Shown here in pieces: positions 1 to 10,705 of a stretch of 64,000 nt of DNA. The notes under the pieces are model-generated. The model did no database searches. It saw only the letters and a list, made by a program, of their open reading frames with translations, and was not told the DNA's origin. The first letter of the stretch is position 1. Every line of letters begins with the position of its first letter. The DNA comes from an uncultured Patescibacteria group bacterium (GTDB lineage: Bacteria > Patescibacteriota > Microgenomatia > UBA1400 > PJMF01). The translations under genes and the position numbers were made by a program. The DNA is taken from contig CAJQIG010000001.1 of the NCBI GenBank assembly GCA_905478415.1, forward strand, positions 309,892 through 373,891, in the 5' to 3' direction.

Positions 1-503
1 TGAGCAACAAATCGCCCATTATAGACCGCAGTACCTTCGCATCGCTGAAAAATAATTTGACACAAACGTTCATTTGCATGAAGTACCAACGGATGAGGGC
101 TCAGGTTCGTAATCTCGAGTACTTGCCGATTACTGACCCCAGGCTGAATAAACCCAGCTGAAATATGAATTAATAATCCCAAGCGTGCAAACCGACTTCT
201 TCCTTCTAACCAACCACAAATATTGCTCGGTAAGGTTATCTTTTCTTTAGTGATTCCCAAAACTGTCTCATGTGGTTGCACCGTCAGTTTCTCTGTAATA
301 ATACTTTCAGTTATATCCATGTAGTCTGTAGCTTCTTGAAGATCGACTGCAGTAGTTTTCTCTGTACTAAAAACTCGAAACTCATTTGCCAAATGCAGAT
401 CGACTGAAGCCACACTAATTTGATCTTCAGATACAGGAGGATCCATTACAATAGTGCCCTGTTTCAACTCCTTTTGAATCTCGTCATGCGTGAGTACTGC
501 CAT
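1..503 (-). CDS. dcd: dCTP deaminase (dUTPase superfamily), 3'-partial (C-terminus beyond window start)
   Basis: Manual translation of rc(1..503) from ATG at 503: MAVLTHDEIQKELKQGTIVMDPP...VDLHLANEF...GWLEGRSRFARLGLLIHISAGFIQPG...; matches Dcd family motifs; not in ORF track because no stop in window. Confidence 0.75.
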   Translation of the reverse strand, partial: MAVLTHDEIQKELKQGTIVMDPPVSEDQISVASVDLHLANEFRVFSTEKTTAVDLQEATDYMDITESIITEKLTVQPHETVLGITKEKITLPSNICGWLEGRSRFARLGLLIHISAGFIQPGVSNRQVLEITNLSPHPLVLHANERLCQIIFQRCEGTAVYNGRFVA

Positions 504-584
504 GTTGCCTTTCTCTCTATTTGTTTGGTAAGTATAATCTGGCTATGATATAAAGAAAAGATACATACACGAAAAATCTTACTC

Positions 585-1352
585 ATGAAAAAAAGCCCCT
601 TCCTCCAAACTGGCCTGAAAGCCGTCAAAGTAGCTGAAAAAATAATCACTGAATACTTCAACACCTCTCTAGTAATCGACAGTAAACATGATGGTTCTCC
701 CGTCACCATTGCTGATAAGGAAGCTGAAGCTATAATTCGACAAATTATTACCAATGCCTTTCCCACCCATGGATTTATTGGCGAAGAGTATGGCAGTTCT
801 AACAGAACACACGAATATACCTGGGTTATAGATCCTATTGATGGCACAAAAAATTACTCTCGAGGTATCCCGCTCTTTGCAACAGAACTGGCTCTCTTTA
901 AGAGAGATGAACTTATACTTGGAATTTCAAACGCTCCCATGCAAAAAAAACTCCTGCATGCAGAAAAAGGAACAGGAGCGTATCTAAACGAAACTACAAA
1001 ACTTTCTGTCAGCACAATCTCTAAAGTCAGTGATGCCTATATCAGTGTGGGCAGTGTTAAGTACTTTAGCAAAACAGAAAAATACAATAAACTGGCTGAA
1101 ATAAATGAGGCTTGCTCTGCTATGAAAGGTTTTGGTGACACGTGGAGTTATCATTTTATAGCTGAAGGCAAACTTGATGCTATTCTCGAAGCAAAAACTA
1201 ACATCTGGGATGTGGCTGCCATGGCGGTTATTATTGAGGAGGCAGGGGGGACCGTCACTGATCTTGAGGGAAATCCGCTGAGTACCACTTCGGCATCTGC
1301 CCTTGCTACAAATGGATTACTTCACTCCCAACTATTAACTCTTTTACAGTAA
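585..1352 (+). CDS. inositol monophosphatase family protein (SuhB/HisN-like)
   Basis: Motifs GEEYG ... WVIDPIDGTKNY ... WDVAAM typical of IMPase fold. Confidence 0.75.
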   Translation: MKKSPFLQTGLKAVKVAEKIITEYFNTSLVIDSKHDGSPVTIADKEAEAIIRQIITNAFPTHGFIGEEYGSSNRTHEYTWVIDPIDGTKNYSRGIPLFATELALFKRDELILGISNAPMQKKLLHAEKGTGAYLNETTKLSVSTISKVSDAYISVGSVKYFSKTEKYNKLAEINEACSAMKGFGDTWSYHFIAEGKLDAILEAKTNIWDVAAMAVIIEEAGGTVTDLEGNPLSTTSASALATNGLLHSQLLTLLQ

Positions 1353-1382
1353 GCACGTTTTGCAATTTCTTATCCTATAATA

Positions 1383-1411
1383 TTGACACATGTTTCTTTT
1401 TTTGATATAAT
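1383..1411 (+). promoter_or_regulatory. sigma70-like promoter TTGACA-N17-TATAAT upstream of 1511..1915
   Basis: ttgaca at 1383-1388, 17-nt spacer, tataat at 1406-1411; GGAG RBS at ~1499. Confidence 0.6.
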
Positions 1412-1510
1412 ATATAGTATAGCGTATTGCTCACTGCGAGCATTTTGCTTTTTAAAACCTTATATAATAACAATATTTTTAAAGTTTCATAACTTTAAAG
1501 GAGCTAGAAC

Positions 1511-1915
1511 ATGAGTGTGTTAGCCTTTTCTTTTGGTGGAAATGAGTGGACAGTGCCATATGAAGAACTCATTGAAAAAATGAGGATCTTGTTACCAACA
1601 ACTCCTCCCACTTTACTGGCTGTAGCCAGAAGGGCAGGAACCTATTCTTTTGAGAATATGAATATTTCTGGTCTTGCTGCATTAGATGTTGAGATGCTTA
1701 TAAAATTGACACAGTCAATAGTGGCAACACCAAAACACCCCTTTATTGGAGAAGATGCCTTCTGCCCCTGTTGCGGACAGAAGTTGGACAATCTGACAAC
1801 AGGCATCTATGTAATAGAAAAGCATCGAAACCAGAAGTCAGTCTGCAACCTCTGCCTTCCTTTTATGGAAAAAAAAGGTTGGCGATTTGGCATGCAAGCC
1901 AAAAGTGTTTTATAA
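1511..1915 (+). CDS. hypothetical protein with C-terminal CxxC...CxxC zinc-ribbon
   Basis: ORF with RBS aaaggagc; CPCCGQK ... CNLC motifs. Confidence 0.55.
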   Translation: MSVLAFSFGGNEWTVPYEELIEKMRILLPTTPPTLLAVARRAGTYSFENMNISGLAALDVEMLIKLTQSIVATPKHPFIGEDAFCPCCGQKLDNLTTGIYVIEKHRNQKSVCNLCLPFMEKKGWRFGMQAKSVL

Positions 1916-1932
1916 GGATTATCTAGTAAAGC

Positions 1933-1958
1933 CTCGAATTATTTCGGGGCTTTTTTTG
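1933..1958 (+). terminator. rho-independent terminator-like hairpin plus T-run
   Basis: aagcctcgaa-ttat-ttcggggctt followed by ttttttt. Confidence 0.55.
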
Positions 1959-1975
1959 TAGTAAAAATAAAATAT

Positions 1976-2326
1976 CTATTTTTTCAACACTGCAATCTTC
2001 AAATCTGGAGTTAGCTCCAAAACACCTTCCCCAAAAAGTCGCCAAAGAATATCTTTACTTTCTGGATCACCATCGTTGACCCCCATATGTAAAAAAAGCT
2101 CGTGAATATTCCATTTTCTATCTGGTTGACTCTGGGTAACTGCTCTCATAGCAGCCTCTTTTTCTTCGGAACTTTCTGGCCTTACTAAAGGCTCTCCACT
2201 TAACAGAGAAAGAAATGTAAATGGATCTAAAATGGCAGTAGGATTTTCTTGCATTAGAGTTACTAGCACCTCCTGCAACTCAACCGGATCTCTTTTTTTC
2301 AGTGATTCAACTTGTTCAAGTAACAT
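1976..2326 (-). CDS. hypothetical acidic protein (116 aa), co-oriented with the upstream 808-aa gene
   Basis: ORF; 47-nt gap to upstream gene suggests operon. Confidence 0.5.
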   Translation of the reverse strand: MLLEQVESLKKRDPVELQEVLVTLMQENPTAILDPFTFLSLLSGEPLVRPESSEEKEAAMRAVTQSQPDRKWNIHELFLHMGVNDGDPESKDILWRLFGEGVLELTPDLKIAVLKK

Positions 2327-2373
2327 ACTTTTCCTCCTTCATCACTATTTATAGTACATAGAGTATACATTAT

Positions 2374-4800
2374 TCAGTTACTTGCCATCTCACCAGCTAC
2401 TTCCTTCAATAACCCTAGTGCCTGCTCTTTTGCGCTTGCTTTTACTTCTTCGGAATACTCAGGGTCAACAGTAATAAGTGCTAAAGAAGCAAGAATAGTT
2501 GAAAAACGAACATGCATCAGTTTTATCTTTGCTTTATGCAAGAACTGAGCTTCAACTTGAGTGTTTATTGCTTCGATAGATAACTCAGGAGAAGCCTCAC
2601 GTGCAGCAGCTACAGCTGCACGCACATGCTGCCATTCATGACGTTCTCGTATCGTGAGGCGTTTCGCCCCTCCTGGAGAAGAATCAAGCGCAACACCTCG
2701 AGAAGCTTGTGGTGAACATCCCGTAAAAAAACTAAGACCAATATGATCTTTAAAAATGGTATCAAAATGCCCAATGCTCGAAATTTGGTCTGTCCCCCCC
2801 TCTAAAACAGTAGCAACTTGTGAATAAAAAGTACGTAGTGAAGCAACAATTTCAGGAGCATTTAAACTATCAAGAACTTGTAGTAATCCTGCTGACTGCT
2901 GACACATTTTGGTGTCATCGTCAGAAAATGAGTATAGCGCTTGTAATTTTTTAAATATTTTATTTTGCTCCCCTACAACTGGACCTGATAGCAAGTCCTG
3001 AGTCTGAATATTAAGTACCTTCTGAATTACTTTTTTTAACCTTTCAACTCTCGTGAGAGCGAGTGGTTTTTTTTCTAAGAGTACATTGAGAAATTCGTCT
3101 AGGTTGGCACTGCTGGTCTTATCTGGAAGAGACATATTTGTAATAAAGTTTCGAATCAGCTTTCCTAAGTCTGTCCCTGTCGGGAACAATGAAATAGTTA
3201 AGTCGCCCACTTTGGGATCAACACAGTTAAACACAGTGGTTTCATTCAAACCCGCAATTGCAGTAGCAATTAAAGCTGACTGTGAGGGACTCAACGTTCC
3301 CTTCCTACCAACTTTAAACAGCTGTGCTAAGTCAGTAGAAAAAGCAACTCCAGTGGTACTCATCATTTGTGCTAAGTAACCTTCATCGTCATGTGCACGA
3401 TATATTGTTTTGGGTTGTTCCGGAGTAATCTCAGAAGCAACAAGGTCAATGCCAAGAGGGGCAAGTTGTTTGTGTAGTTTATACAAAATATACTGGCCTT
3501 GTTTCTCTGAGCAGTGAAAATGGTTGAAAACAACTTTTACTTGTTGTAGTTTTTTTTCTTCGTTTTCGATTAAAATGAGCTTGCAAATAGCTCCTTTAGC
3601 ACTAAACTCTTCGAGCTCGAGTTGTTCGGCACTATCTTGATTTGTGGTAACTTTAATCTCAAAGATCGGTTGTCGAGAATATTGATCTTCTCCGTCACGA
3701 TTCCGAATTGCGTTTTCAATCGATCTATTCAGTCTATCTCGCAATTGATTTCTTGCAATTTCTGAAGTGCTGTCAGCATTGAGTTCTGCTAATAACTCAA
3801 CAACTGGAACAGAAACGGGAGCCTTTCCCAGAAGCCTGGCTGGAGTTGCATCATCAGAGTACCCAAAGGCCATCCTGTCACCATCTCTGCGTGCACTAAT
3901 TTTCGGTGATTGAGAAGTTACTAATGCTCGAAATGCGCGAACTGGACCCCAGTCTTTTTGGCCAATTCTTGATGAATTAACTTCGTATACTGATTGTGAA
4001 TTTAAAATTTCTATAAACTGAGCTAACGTACCCGAGCGTACAGATTCGTCTGAGTATAGTTGCTCATAGGTGAAATCCTGCTGAATCCCTAATAAATCTC
4101 TCATCTCAGGAGTATCTCTGAGTTTATAAAACATCACCTGTGCAGCAACTTCCATATCAAAATATGCTTCGTACAATCCTTCTGTAACAGTACCTAGTAA
4201 ATCTCTTGGATTCCCAGAAAATGCTTTTTCAGATTCTTCTGGATTTATTTTGACATCTGACTCATAAAACCAGCTACCACTTACTCCGACCATTGTCTTA
4301 TCTCTGTCAAGATTGAACTCTAACTTTGCTTGTTTTTTTTCTTCATCAGTCGTAGCTTTAACAAGCTTTCTTTTATACTCCTGAATAGCCTCTTCTAAAC
4401 CAAACCGCATGTAGTTTGAGAAAAATGCGCCAGAAAAGCGTCTTCGAATCCGAGTGGCTATCTGCTCATCCCCTGGAGTATTTTCAGTTCTTGAAAAAAT
4501 GTGCTTAACCGAATCAGTAGCCGTGGCAAAAAAATCTTTGGAGGTAATAAGCAACCTTGATAAAGCTGGACCCGAACTGACAATTTTTGATAACCCAATC
4601 CTTTTCTGCCAAGCAACATCATCAAGCTTAACAGCAGCTGCAGCAACTTCCCCAACAGTAAGCGATGACGTTACTAACTCGGCTGTGCCCTCAATATCTG
4701 GAAGTTGGTCCGGCTGTGGAGCATACAAAAAAATGGTCTCATGATCTTTTAATCTAGAAGATCTCAAAGCAAATACTTGGGTAGTGTCGTGTTCGGGCAT
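2374..4800 (-). CDS. large hypothetical protein (808 aa); no Walker A, no recognised catalytic motif
   Basis: Long uninterrupted ORF; nested short ORFs on other frames are spurious. Confidence 0.6.
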   Translation of the reverse strand: MPEHDTTQVFALRSSRLKDHETIFLYAPQPDQLPDIEGTAELVTSSLTVGEVAAAAVKLDDVAWQKRIGLSKIVSSGPALSRLLITSKDFFATATDSVKHIFSRTENTPGDEQIATRIRRRFSGAFFSNYMRFGLEEAIQEYKRKLVKATTDEEKKQAKLEFNLDRDKTMVGVSGSWFYESDVKINPEESEKAFSGNPRDLLGTVTEGLYEAYFDMEVAAQVMFYKLRDTPEMRDLLGIQQDFTYEQLYSDESVRSGTLAQFIEILNSQSVYEVNSSRIGQKDWGPVRAFRALVTSQSPKISARRDGDRMAFGYSDDATPARLLGKAPVSVPVVELLAELNADSTSEIARNQLRDRLNRSIENAIRNRDGEDQYSRQPIFEIKVTTNQDSAEQLELEEFSAKGAICKLILIENEEKKLQQVKVVFNHFHCSEKQGQYILYKLHKQLAPLGIDLVASEITPEQPKTIYRAHDDEGYLAQMMSTTGVAFSTDLAQLFKVGRKGTLSPSQSALIATAIAGLNETTVFNCVDPKVGDLTISLFPTGTDLGKLIRNFITNMSLPDKTSSANLDEFLNVLLEKKPLALTRVERLKKVIQKVLNIQTQDLLSGPVVGEQNKIFKKLQALYSFSDDDTKMCQQSAGLLQVLDSLNAPEIVASLRTFYSQVATVLEGGTDQISSIGHFDTIFKDHIGLSFFTGCSPQASRGVALDSSPGGAKRLTIRERHEWQHVRAAVAAAREASPELSIEAINTQVEAQFLHKAKIKLMHVRFSTILASLALITVDPEYSEEVKASAKEQALGLLKEVAGEMASN

Positions 4801-4958
4801 CTCTCTAGTAATACTATCAAAATATAAAAGTAAAAAACACTACTACGTACAAAAAAAATTAGGCTTTATTCTGAAAGGTCTCTACCTCACTCGTCTAAAG
4901 CTTTCTCATCAAAAACATCCCCTAAAGCAACTTTGATCATGTATACTACTAAGCATTC

Positions 4959-7226
4959 ATGAAAAAGATTCACCTTATCCTCAACTACATACTTACCCCT
5001 CTTGTTCTAGCAGCAATTTTCTTTGTCAGCTACGTTGCCTTGTTTTCTAACGATTCAATCCAAAATGTTGCCCAAGTGCAACAACTCTATGGCCAAAATG
5101 GTATCTGGCTTCTAGACGCGCTCCTATTGATCTTAGTTGTGCCAGTCGCACTCAGACTCATGGAGATTATTACTGGTGAAGTTGGTCTCGAACGTTTTAA
5201 ACGAATTGCTGCCATTAGTATCGGCATGACTACACTTAGTTTCGCAGCTCTTCAATTTATTGGGGCAATTGCTACCTCTTCTGCAGAAGGAGCAACTGTT
5301 GTTGTAGAAATCATTCAGCAAATGGCTCACTTCGCTCAACACGGGCAGCTCGAGCAGTATGGTCTTGTGGGTATGTTAACTTCCGATGCCTCCGGTCCTT
5401 GGAACTCGAGCATCTTTCCACTGATTATTCTTATTGTTTGGTTTATCCGCCGAAAACATGTTGGTATAGAAACTAAGCAACTTCATATACCTATGACTGT
5501 CCAGTGGATTTTATACGGTCAGCAATTTCTCTTTGGACTCGACCTGCAGTACACACTTCTAGAAATTATTTTGATGGGAATCACTGGCTCAATTTTTGTA
5601 TGGGGCATGGTTAGCTTTATGGTTTCTATGTTCAAAGAAGCAGAAAAGGCTGAAGAACAAGCTGCTCAATCAGTCACTGCAATCGATACAAATAAGAAAT
5701 CAAATAGCTATTCAAAAGCTATCACTGGCATTGCCCAAAAAGCATTTACTATTTTAACATTCAACCCACTCAACAAAAAAGTTGATTCAGCTGACTATAA
5801 AATTAAACAAAAAATGGGTGGCTTTGGAAATATTGGGAAAAGTTATGTACTTATGAATGCGCTCCAACTCACCATAGCTATGACTGTGGCTATGTTCGCA
5901 TTGGTTACTGCTATCCAATTCATTGCTGTTCAATTAAAGATGAGTGATGCTGAGGCTGCGCTTTTTGGAACTGCAGGACTCACCAGTGCCCCTGAAGCAT
6001 TTGTGGCTCTAGCAGTTGGCCCTTATATAAATGCCCTCTTACTTGTAGGAAGTAACATCATTGACGGCTGGATGTCTGCTATCGGTCAGATAGTACTCCT
6101 CAGCTATGCTGAAATTGTCAGTGCTGGAGCCATCTCTTCGATTCCACTCCATCCTGCTATCCGCTTCTTAACGTTCCTCTCATGGACTCAGGGGATGATT
6201 GTTTGGGCCGGACTCGGATTGTATGCTCACCGCATTAATAAGAGTCAACACAAACGACTGATCACACTTACTACTATCGGCTTCCTCATCCTCTCTATTG
6301 TCTATTACTTTGGCGGAGCTTGGTACAGTGCTCAGGCCTTAGGTTATGGGGCCGATTATGCCAAAGAAAGCCTTGTTTTTAGAACTCTCAGTAGTATTGT
6401 CAACTTCTTTGCTGATAGCCCTGCACAACAAGTTGCCCTGACTGCAAATATTGTCGGCCTTGGAGCTCTTGTCTTTTGGTGGTCAGGCATCTCTAAAAAA
6501 CTGGGTGCAATTATGCAACCAAGCGAAGATCGAGAAATTGATAGTAGCGTTATTGAACTCAAAACTAAGATTAACTCCCGCCTCAAACGAGAAGACCAAC
6601 AAGTCATTATTGTTCTTGATACTAGTTTGGACATGGACACAGCTGGATCTTTCTTTAAAAATAAGTGGATTGACCTCGTGTTCAGACAAGCTGCAGCACT
6701 GGGATTTGTACTGGATGACGACGGACATATTCCTGTTTTCATAACTCACGATGGGACAGTTGAAAAAAGCACTCACTTATTAACTCAAAAAAACGCGGAT
6801 AATTTTATCAAAAAATATGTTGGTCGAAAAACACAAGGCACTGTCCAATATACGCCAGTGCTCAAAAAAATATATGCAGATTATCAAAATACCTTAACCA
6901 AAGATCATGATCCTGTACTAGTGCTCTTTATAACCGCTGGTGGCGGGACAGATAAACAAACCACCATGGAACTCTTTATTCAGATGGAGGAGCGCCCTCT
7001 TTTCGTTCAATTTTTAGAAATTTATGGAAATACTCCTCACAAAAACACAAGTATTCTTAAAGAAATTGCAGAGCACCCAGGTAAAAGCATTGATAACTCT
7101 GGACTCTCTTCTCTACCACTATTCCGTTTAACTGATGCAAACCAAATTGTCGAAGAAGTACTTAATGAGTACCCTGAATACTTACAAAAAGCTGTAAAAC
7201 TAAATATACTTAAAAAAGCTGCCTAA
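4959..7226 (+). CDS. polytopic membrane protein with C-terminal vWA/TerY-like domain
   Basis: About 10 predicted TM segments N-terminal; C-terminal VIIVLDTSLDMD ... FITAGGGTD resembles vWA/MIDAS-like fold. Confidence 0.5.
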   Translation: MKKIHLILNYILTPLVLAAIFFVSYVALFSNDSIQNVAQVQQLYGQNGIWLLDALLLILVVPVALRLMEIITGEVGLERFKRIAAISIGMTTLSFAALQFIGAIATSSAEGATVVVEIIQQMAHFAQHGQLEQYGLVGMLTSDASGPWNSSIFPLIILIVWFIRRKHVGIETKQLHIPMTVQWILYGQQFLFGLDLQYTLLEIILMGITGSIFVWGMVSFMVSMFKEAEKAEEQAAQSVTAIDTNKKSNSYSKAITGIAQKAFTILTFNPLNKKVDSADYKIKQKMGGFGNIGKSYVLMNALQLTIAMTVAMFALVTAIQFIAVQLKMSDAEAALFGTAGLTSAPEAFVALAVGPYINALLLVGSNIIDGWMSAIGQIVLLSYAEIVSAGAISSIPLHPAIRFLTFLSWTQGMIVWAGLGLYAHRINKSQHKRLITLTTIGFLILSIVYYFGGAWYSAQALGYGADYAKESLVFRTLSSIVNFFADSPAQQVALTANIVGLGALVFWWSGISKKLGAIMQPSEDREIDSSVIELKTKINSRLKREDQQVIIVLDTSLDMDTAGSFFKNKWIDLVFRQAAALGFVLDDDGHIPVFITHDGTVEKSTHLLTQKNADNFIKKYVGRKTQGTVQYTPVLKKIYADYQNTLTKDHDPVLVLFITAGGGTDKQTTMELFIQMEERPLFVQFLEIYGNTPHKNTSILKEIAEHPGKSIDNSGLSSLPLFRLTDANQIVEEVLNEYPEYLQKAVKLNILKKAA

Positions 7227-7292
7227 GATTAGTCCCTTTTTTCAAGTGAACGTACCTTGTAATCTAATCCTCATATCAGTTAGAATAGTATT

Positions 7293-8102
7293 GTGGACTT
7301 TTTTTTAACACTTTCCCCTATTACGCAAGCCTTTTTAGCAACACTCTTCACCTGGGGTGTCACCGCACTTGGAGCAGCTGGAGTGTTCTTATTCAAAACA
7401 ATTAACCCTAAAATTCTTAATGCCATGTTAGGCTTTGCGGCAGGAGTCATGATAGCAGCCAGCTTCTGGTCCCTCTTGGCTCCCTCAATTACTCTGAGTG
7501 AAGAACTCGGACAAACTCCTTGGGTTCCTCCGGCCGTGGGATTCTTGCTTGGTGGTATATTTCTATGGACGATGGATAAGCTCATCCCTCATCTCCACAT
7601 TGGACTCCCTATTAAACAAGCAGAGGGAGTCAAAACAAACTGGCGAAAAACCTTTCTGCTGTTCCTCGCAATTACCCTCCACAACATTCCTGAGGGACTC
7701 GCTATTGGAGTCGCCTTTGGCGCAGTTGCACATGGTATTCCCGGAGCCACTCTTGCTGGAGCTATGGCTCTAGCTTTTGGTATTGGAATTCAGAACTTCC
7801 CCGAAGGTTTTGCCGTTTCAATTCCCTTTAGACGCGAGGGTATGAGTAAATTTAAAAGTTTTATGTACGGACAATCGTCTGCAATTGTAGAGCCAATCGC
7901 AGCTGTTTTAGGGGCATTAGCTGTGATGACACTACGCCCCTTACTTCCCTATGCTCTTGCCTTCGCAGCTGGTGCTATGATCTACGTTACTATCGAAGAA
8001 ATTATTCCAGAAGCCCAAAACCATGGACATGCAGACATTGCAACCACTGGGGCTATGATTGGGTTTACTATCATGATGATCCTAGATGTAGCACTTGGAT
8101 AA
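7293..8102 (+). CDS. zupT: ZIP family zinc transporter
   Basis: HNIPEGLAIG and GIQNFPEGFAVS motifs. Confidence 0.75.
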   Translation: MDFFLTLSPITQAFLATLFTWGVTALGAAGVFLFKTINPKILNAMLGFAAGVMIAASFWSLLAPSITLSEELGQTPWVPPAVGFLLGGIFLWTMDKLIPHLHIGLPIKQAEGVKTNWRKTFLLFLAITLHNIPEGLAIGVAFGAVAHGIPGATLAGAMALAFGIGIQNFPEGFAVSIPFRREGMSKFKSFMYGQSSAIVEPIAAVLGALAVMTLRPLLPYALAFAAGAMIYVTIEEIIPEAQNHGHADIATTGAMIGFTIMMILDVALG

Positions 8103-8168
8103 AGTATCGCTACCTACACATCGGTGAAACCTTGAAAAAAATCACTGTTTCACTGACAATACAGCCCT

Positions 8169-8969
8169 ATGCACTTTGAAGCTATCACTCCCACCGAACC
8201 ATCTCAGTCCTTCCTTAAGTTTAGGTTTCTACTTGCTCAAGTAACCTGGTTTATTACCGAGAAGGCTACTAGGCTAGAATCACTCTCAAAAGAGAGCTTG
8301 GCTAACCTAGAGCAGGCAAACCAACTCTTAGAAACTCACTCGGGAGTCGTTTATCTCAATCACAGAGAAAAAAAAGATGCGGCACTCGCAATTGGGCTAG
8401 TTCTTAAATACCTCCCCAATGCTCATACCATGTTAGGACCTGCTGGACTGAAACACTTTGATAAAGACCGTGATCGCAGTAGTGCCATGTTATACAAATT
8501 GATTCGATACTTACATGTCTATGCACTACCAGTCTTTCAACATAATGACAAAATGCAAGATCGCTACTCTCCCGAAGAAATTGCCTTTATGAGCACCCAA
8601 CTCAGAGAACTTTCGAGTCTACTTATGGGAAATGCCCACACTATCTATGGTATTACACCAGAAGGTACTAGAAACGAAGATGGAATCTTAACCAAAGCTC
8701 GAACTGGACTAGGAAGACTTGAACAATACCACACCCCATCCGAAACATTTTACCTCCCCGTAGGACTTATCTACCCACCACATGCAGAAAAAAACACTAT
8801 CGAAGTTGGAAAACCCATTCTACTTCCAGATAGTATTGATTTTTCGACTCTGCCGCTACCAAACTCTACAGAAGATGCCCGACATCGAGCTGAGATGATC
8901 ACGGATGAATTGATGCGTTACCTAGCCCAACTACTACCTGAAGAAAGTAGAGGCTACTACGGGACCTAG
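8169..8969 (+). CDS. PlsC-family acyltransferase-like protein
   Basis: NHREKKD (HX4D) and PEGTR motifs. Confidence 0.5.
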   Translation: MHFEAITPTEPSQSFLKFRFLLAQVTWFITEKATRLESLSKESLANLEQANQLLETHSGVVYLNHREKKDAALAIGLVLKYLPNAHTMLGPAGLKHFDKDRDRSSAMLYKLIRYLHVYALPVFQHNDKMQDRYSPEEIAFMSTQLRELSSLLMGNAHTIYGITPEGTRNEDGILTKARTGLGRLEQYHTPSETFYLPVGLIYPPHAEKNTIEVGKPILLPDSIDFSTLPLPNSTEDARHRAEMITDELMRYLAQLLPEESRGYYGT

Positions 8970-8973
8970 GAAT

Positions 8974-9276
8974 TTATTTCTTTTTCTTGTCAATTTTATC
9001 GAGACCAAGACCTTTGACTCCATAATACACTACTAAAGCAATTACCAAAAAATCAATCAAAACTCCAATAAAACTTCCGAGCATAATGTCTACTGATCCA
9101 AGTGAAATAACCGCGGTACTCAGCCCACCGGTGGCACCCAAGATGACACCAAGAATTGGATTAATAATGTCAGTCACAAGCGAGGTTACAACCTTAGAAA
9201 CAGCGCCACCTAAAATAAAACCAGTTGCCAAACCCACGACACCTTGTTCTCTAATAAAATCCATAAAACCCTTCAT
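8974..9276 (-). CDS. mscL: large-conductance mechanosensitive channel
   Basis: MKGFMDFIREQGVVGLATGFILGGA... classic MscL N-terminus, 100 aa. Confidence 0.8.
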   Translation of the reverse strand: MKGFMDFIREQGVVGLATGFILGGAVSKVVTSLVTDIINPILGVILGATGGLSTAVISLGSVDIMLGSFIGVLIDFLVIALVVYYGVKGLGLDKIDKKKK

Positions 9277-9329
9277 AAAGGCCTTTCTCTCTAAGATACA
9301 CTATCTATAATTGTAGCATGCGCAAGTTA

Positions 9330-10013
9330 TCAGTCGACCCGCTGGCGCACTGTTTCAAGTATCGTATTCCTCGTCACCAGAGACCATCCATGAGACTCAG
9401 CCAGCTTTTTTAACTCATCTTGAGCTGGCTCATACAAAAAACCATGTGTGACTGCATCGAGCAAAGCTTCATCTCCAGAAGAATCGCCGAACCCGAATGA
9501 CACACTGTTTTGCTGTCTCTTGAGTAGATGAGCTATCTCTTTTGACTTTGCCGCCTCGTCAAGAATTTTTGTCACTCTCTGAGTATAAACACCATTCTTT
9601 ATTTCTATTGTTGAAGCAAAGCTCTTTACACCTAAATACTTAGCAATATGAGTCACAATTGGTTCAATCGAAGCCGAGACAATATAAACCTCAAACCCGC
9701 TCTTTTTAAGAAAAGAAAAAAGCTCAGAAACATAGGAAAATAGTTTCTGAGTTTGAAAAAATTCCTCTTGCCATTGCTTCACCTCAAGAACAGTGTGTCC
9801 GGCAACAACTTTTCCACTCAGTCGTACTGCTTCTGCAGTAGCTTGACCATAAGTAATCAGTCCTTGGCTATAATCAGCAAGGAGCGCCTCAGCCATAGCC
9901 TTATCTTCTTTTTGAATCAGCCCCCTTGGAATAGCGTATCCAAATAAGAAATCGACCATTGAGTAGCCATCATATAAAGTTTTATCTAAATCAAAAAAAG
10001 CAAGTGTGTTCAT
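9330..10013 (-). CDS. HAD-IB family hydrolase (phosphoserine phosphatase-like); start moved to internal Met
   Basis: MNTLAFFDLDKTL HAD motif I; ATG at 10013..10011 avoids a 5' overlap with the divergent gene. Confidence 0.65.
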   Translation of the reverse strand: MNTLAFFDLDKTLYDGYSMVDFLFGYAIPRGLIQKEDKAMAEALLADYSQGLITYGQATAEAVRLSGKVVAGHTVLEVKQWQEEFFQTQKLFSYVSELFSFLKKSGFEVYIVSASIEPIVTHIAKYLGVKSFASTIEIKNGVYTQRVTKILDEAAKSKEIAHLLKRQQNSVSFGFGDSSGDEALLDAVTHGFLYEPAQDELKKLAESHGWSLVTRNTILETVRQRVD

Positions 10014-10093
10014 ATGCGGAATTTTAGCATAGATAGTAATATGCCACCGTGAGACTTTTTGGTATACTGCAACCATTACCGAAAGGAGACCCT

Positions 10094-10702
10094 ATGCAAT
10101 TTTCGACTAAAGCCACACTTTTGACACTCACCACAAGTACACTCTTACTTGCAGCCTGTATCAAAAAACCAGCCGACAACACTGTAAAAAACGTGGCTGA
10201 ATCACAGGAAATGGCCATGGCCATTCAAAATGATACTCCTCTGAAGTGTATGATTACTGACTCATCTGGCACCACCATTGAGTATGCTGTTAAAGGCCAA
10301 AAAATGCGCATGACCATTCCTCAAGAAGATAGCCTCAGTTACATGATTAATGATGGTGAATATGTATATATGTGGGAAGAGGGTGCAACTGAAGGTATTA
10401 AAAACCGAATTCTTTCCGAAGATGAGCTCACAGAAACTGCTGAACAAATGGAAGACTACACCACCGACCTGCCAGACTTTTATAATGAAGAAGCTATCTC
10501 AGAGTATGAAGATACTGGCCACACGGTCGATTGCCAAAAAGACTCTTTCGGTGATGAACTCTTTATGACCCCTCAAGGAGTAACCTTTGTCAGTCTCGAA
10601 GAAAAAATGCAAGAGGCTTTTGATGGAATGCAAAAAAGTGTAGAAGGTGTACCAAACATAGAGCTTCCAACTGAAGCTAATGGGATGATGCCTCCTCGCT
10701 AA
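10094..10702 (+). CDS. putative lipoprotein
   Basis: RBS gaaaggag then ATG at 10094; signal peptide with lipobox LLLAAC. Confidence 0.55.
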   Translation: MQFSTKATLLTLTTSTLLLAACIKKPADNTVKNVAESQEMAMAIQNDTPLKCMITDSSGTTIEYAVKGQKMRMTIPQEDSLSYMINDGEYVYMWEEGATEGIKNRILSEDELTETAEQMEDYTTDLPDFYNEEAISEYEDTGHTVDCQKDSFGDELFMTPQGVTFVSLEEKMQEAFDGMQKSVEGVPNIELPTEANGMMPPR

Positions 10703-10705
10703 AAA

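Noticed and set aside
464-847. 127-aa minus-strand ORF
   Set aside because: It is in a different frame from dcd and overlaps the well-supported IMPase gene; it is treated as spurious.
4441-4460. tRNA-like GTTCGAATCC-type motif (cttcgaatccgag)
   Set aside because: It lies inside the 808-aa CDS with no surrounding cloverleaf.
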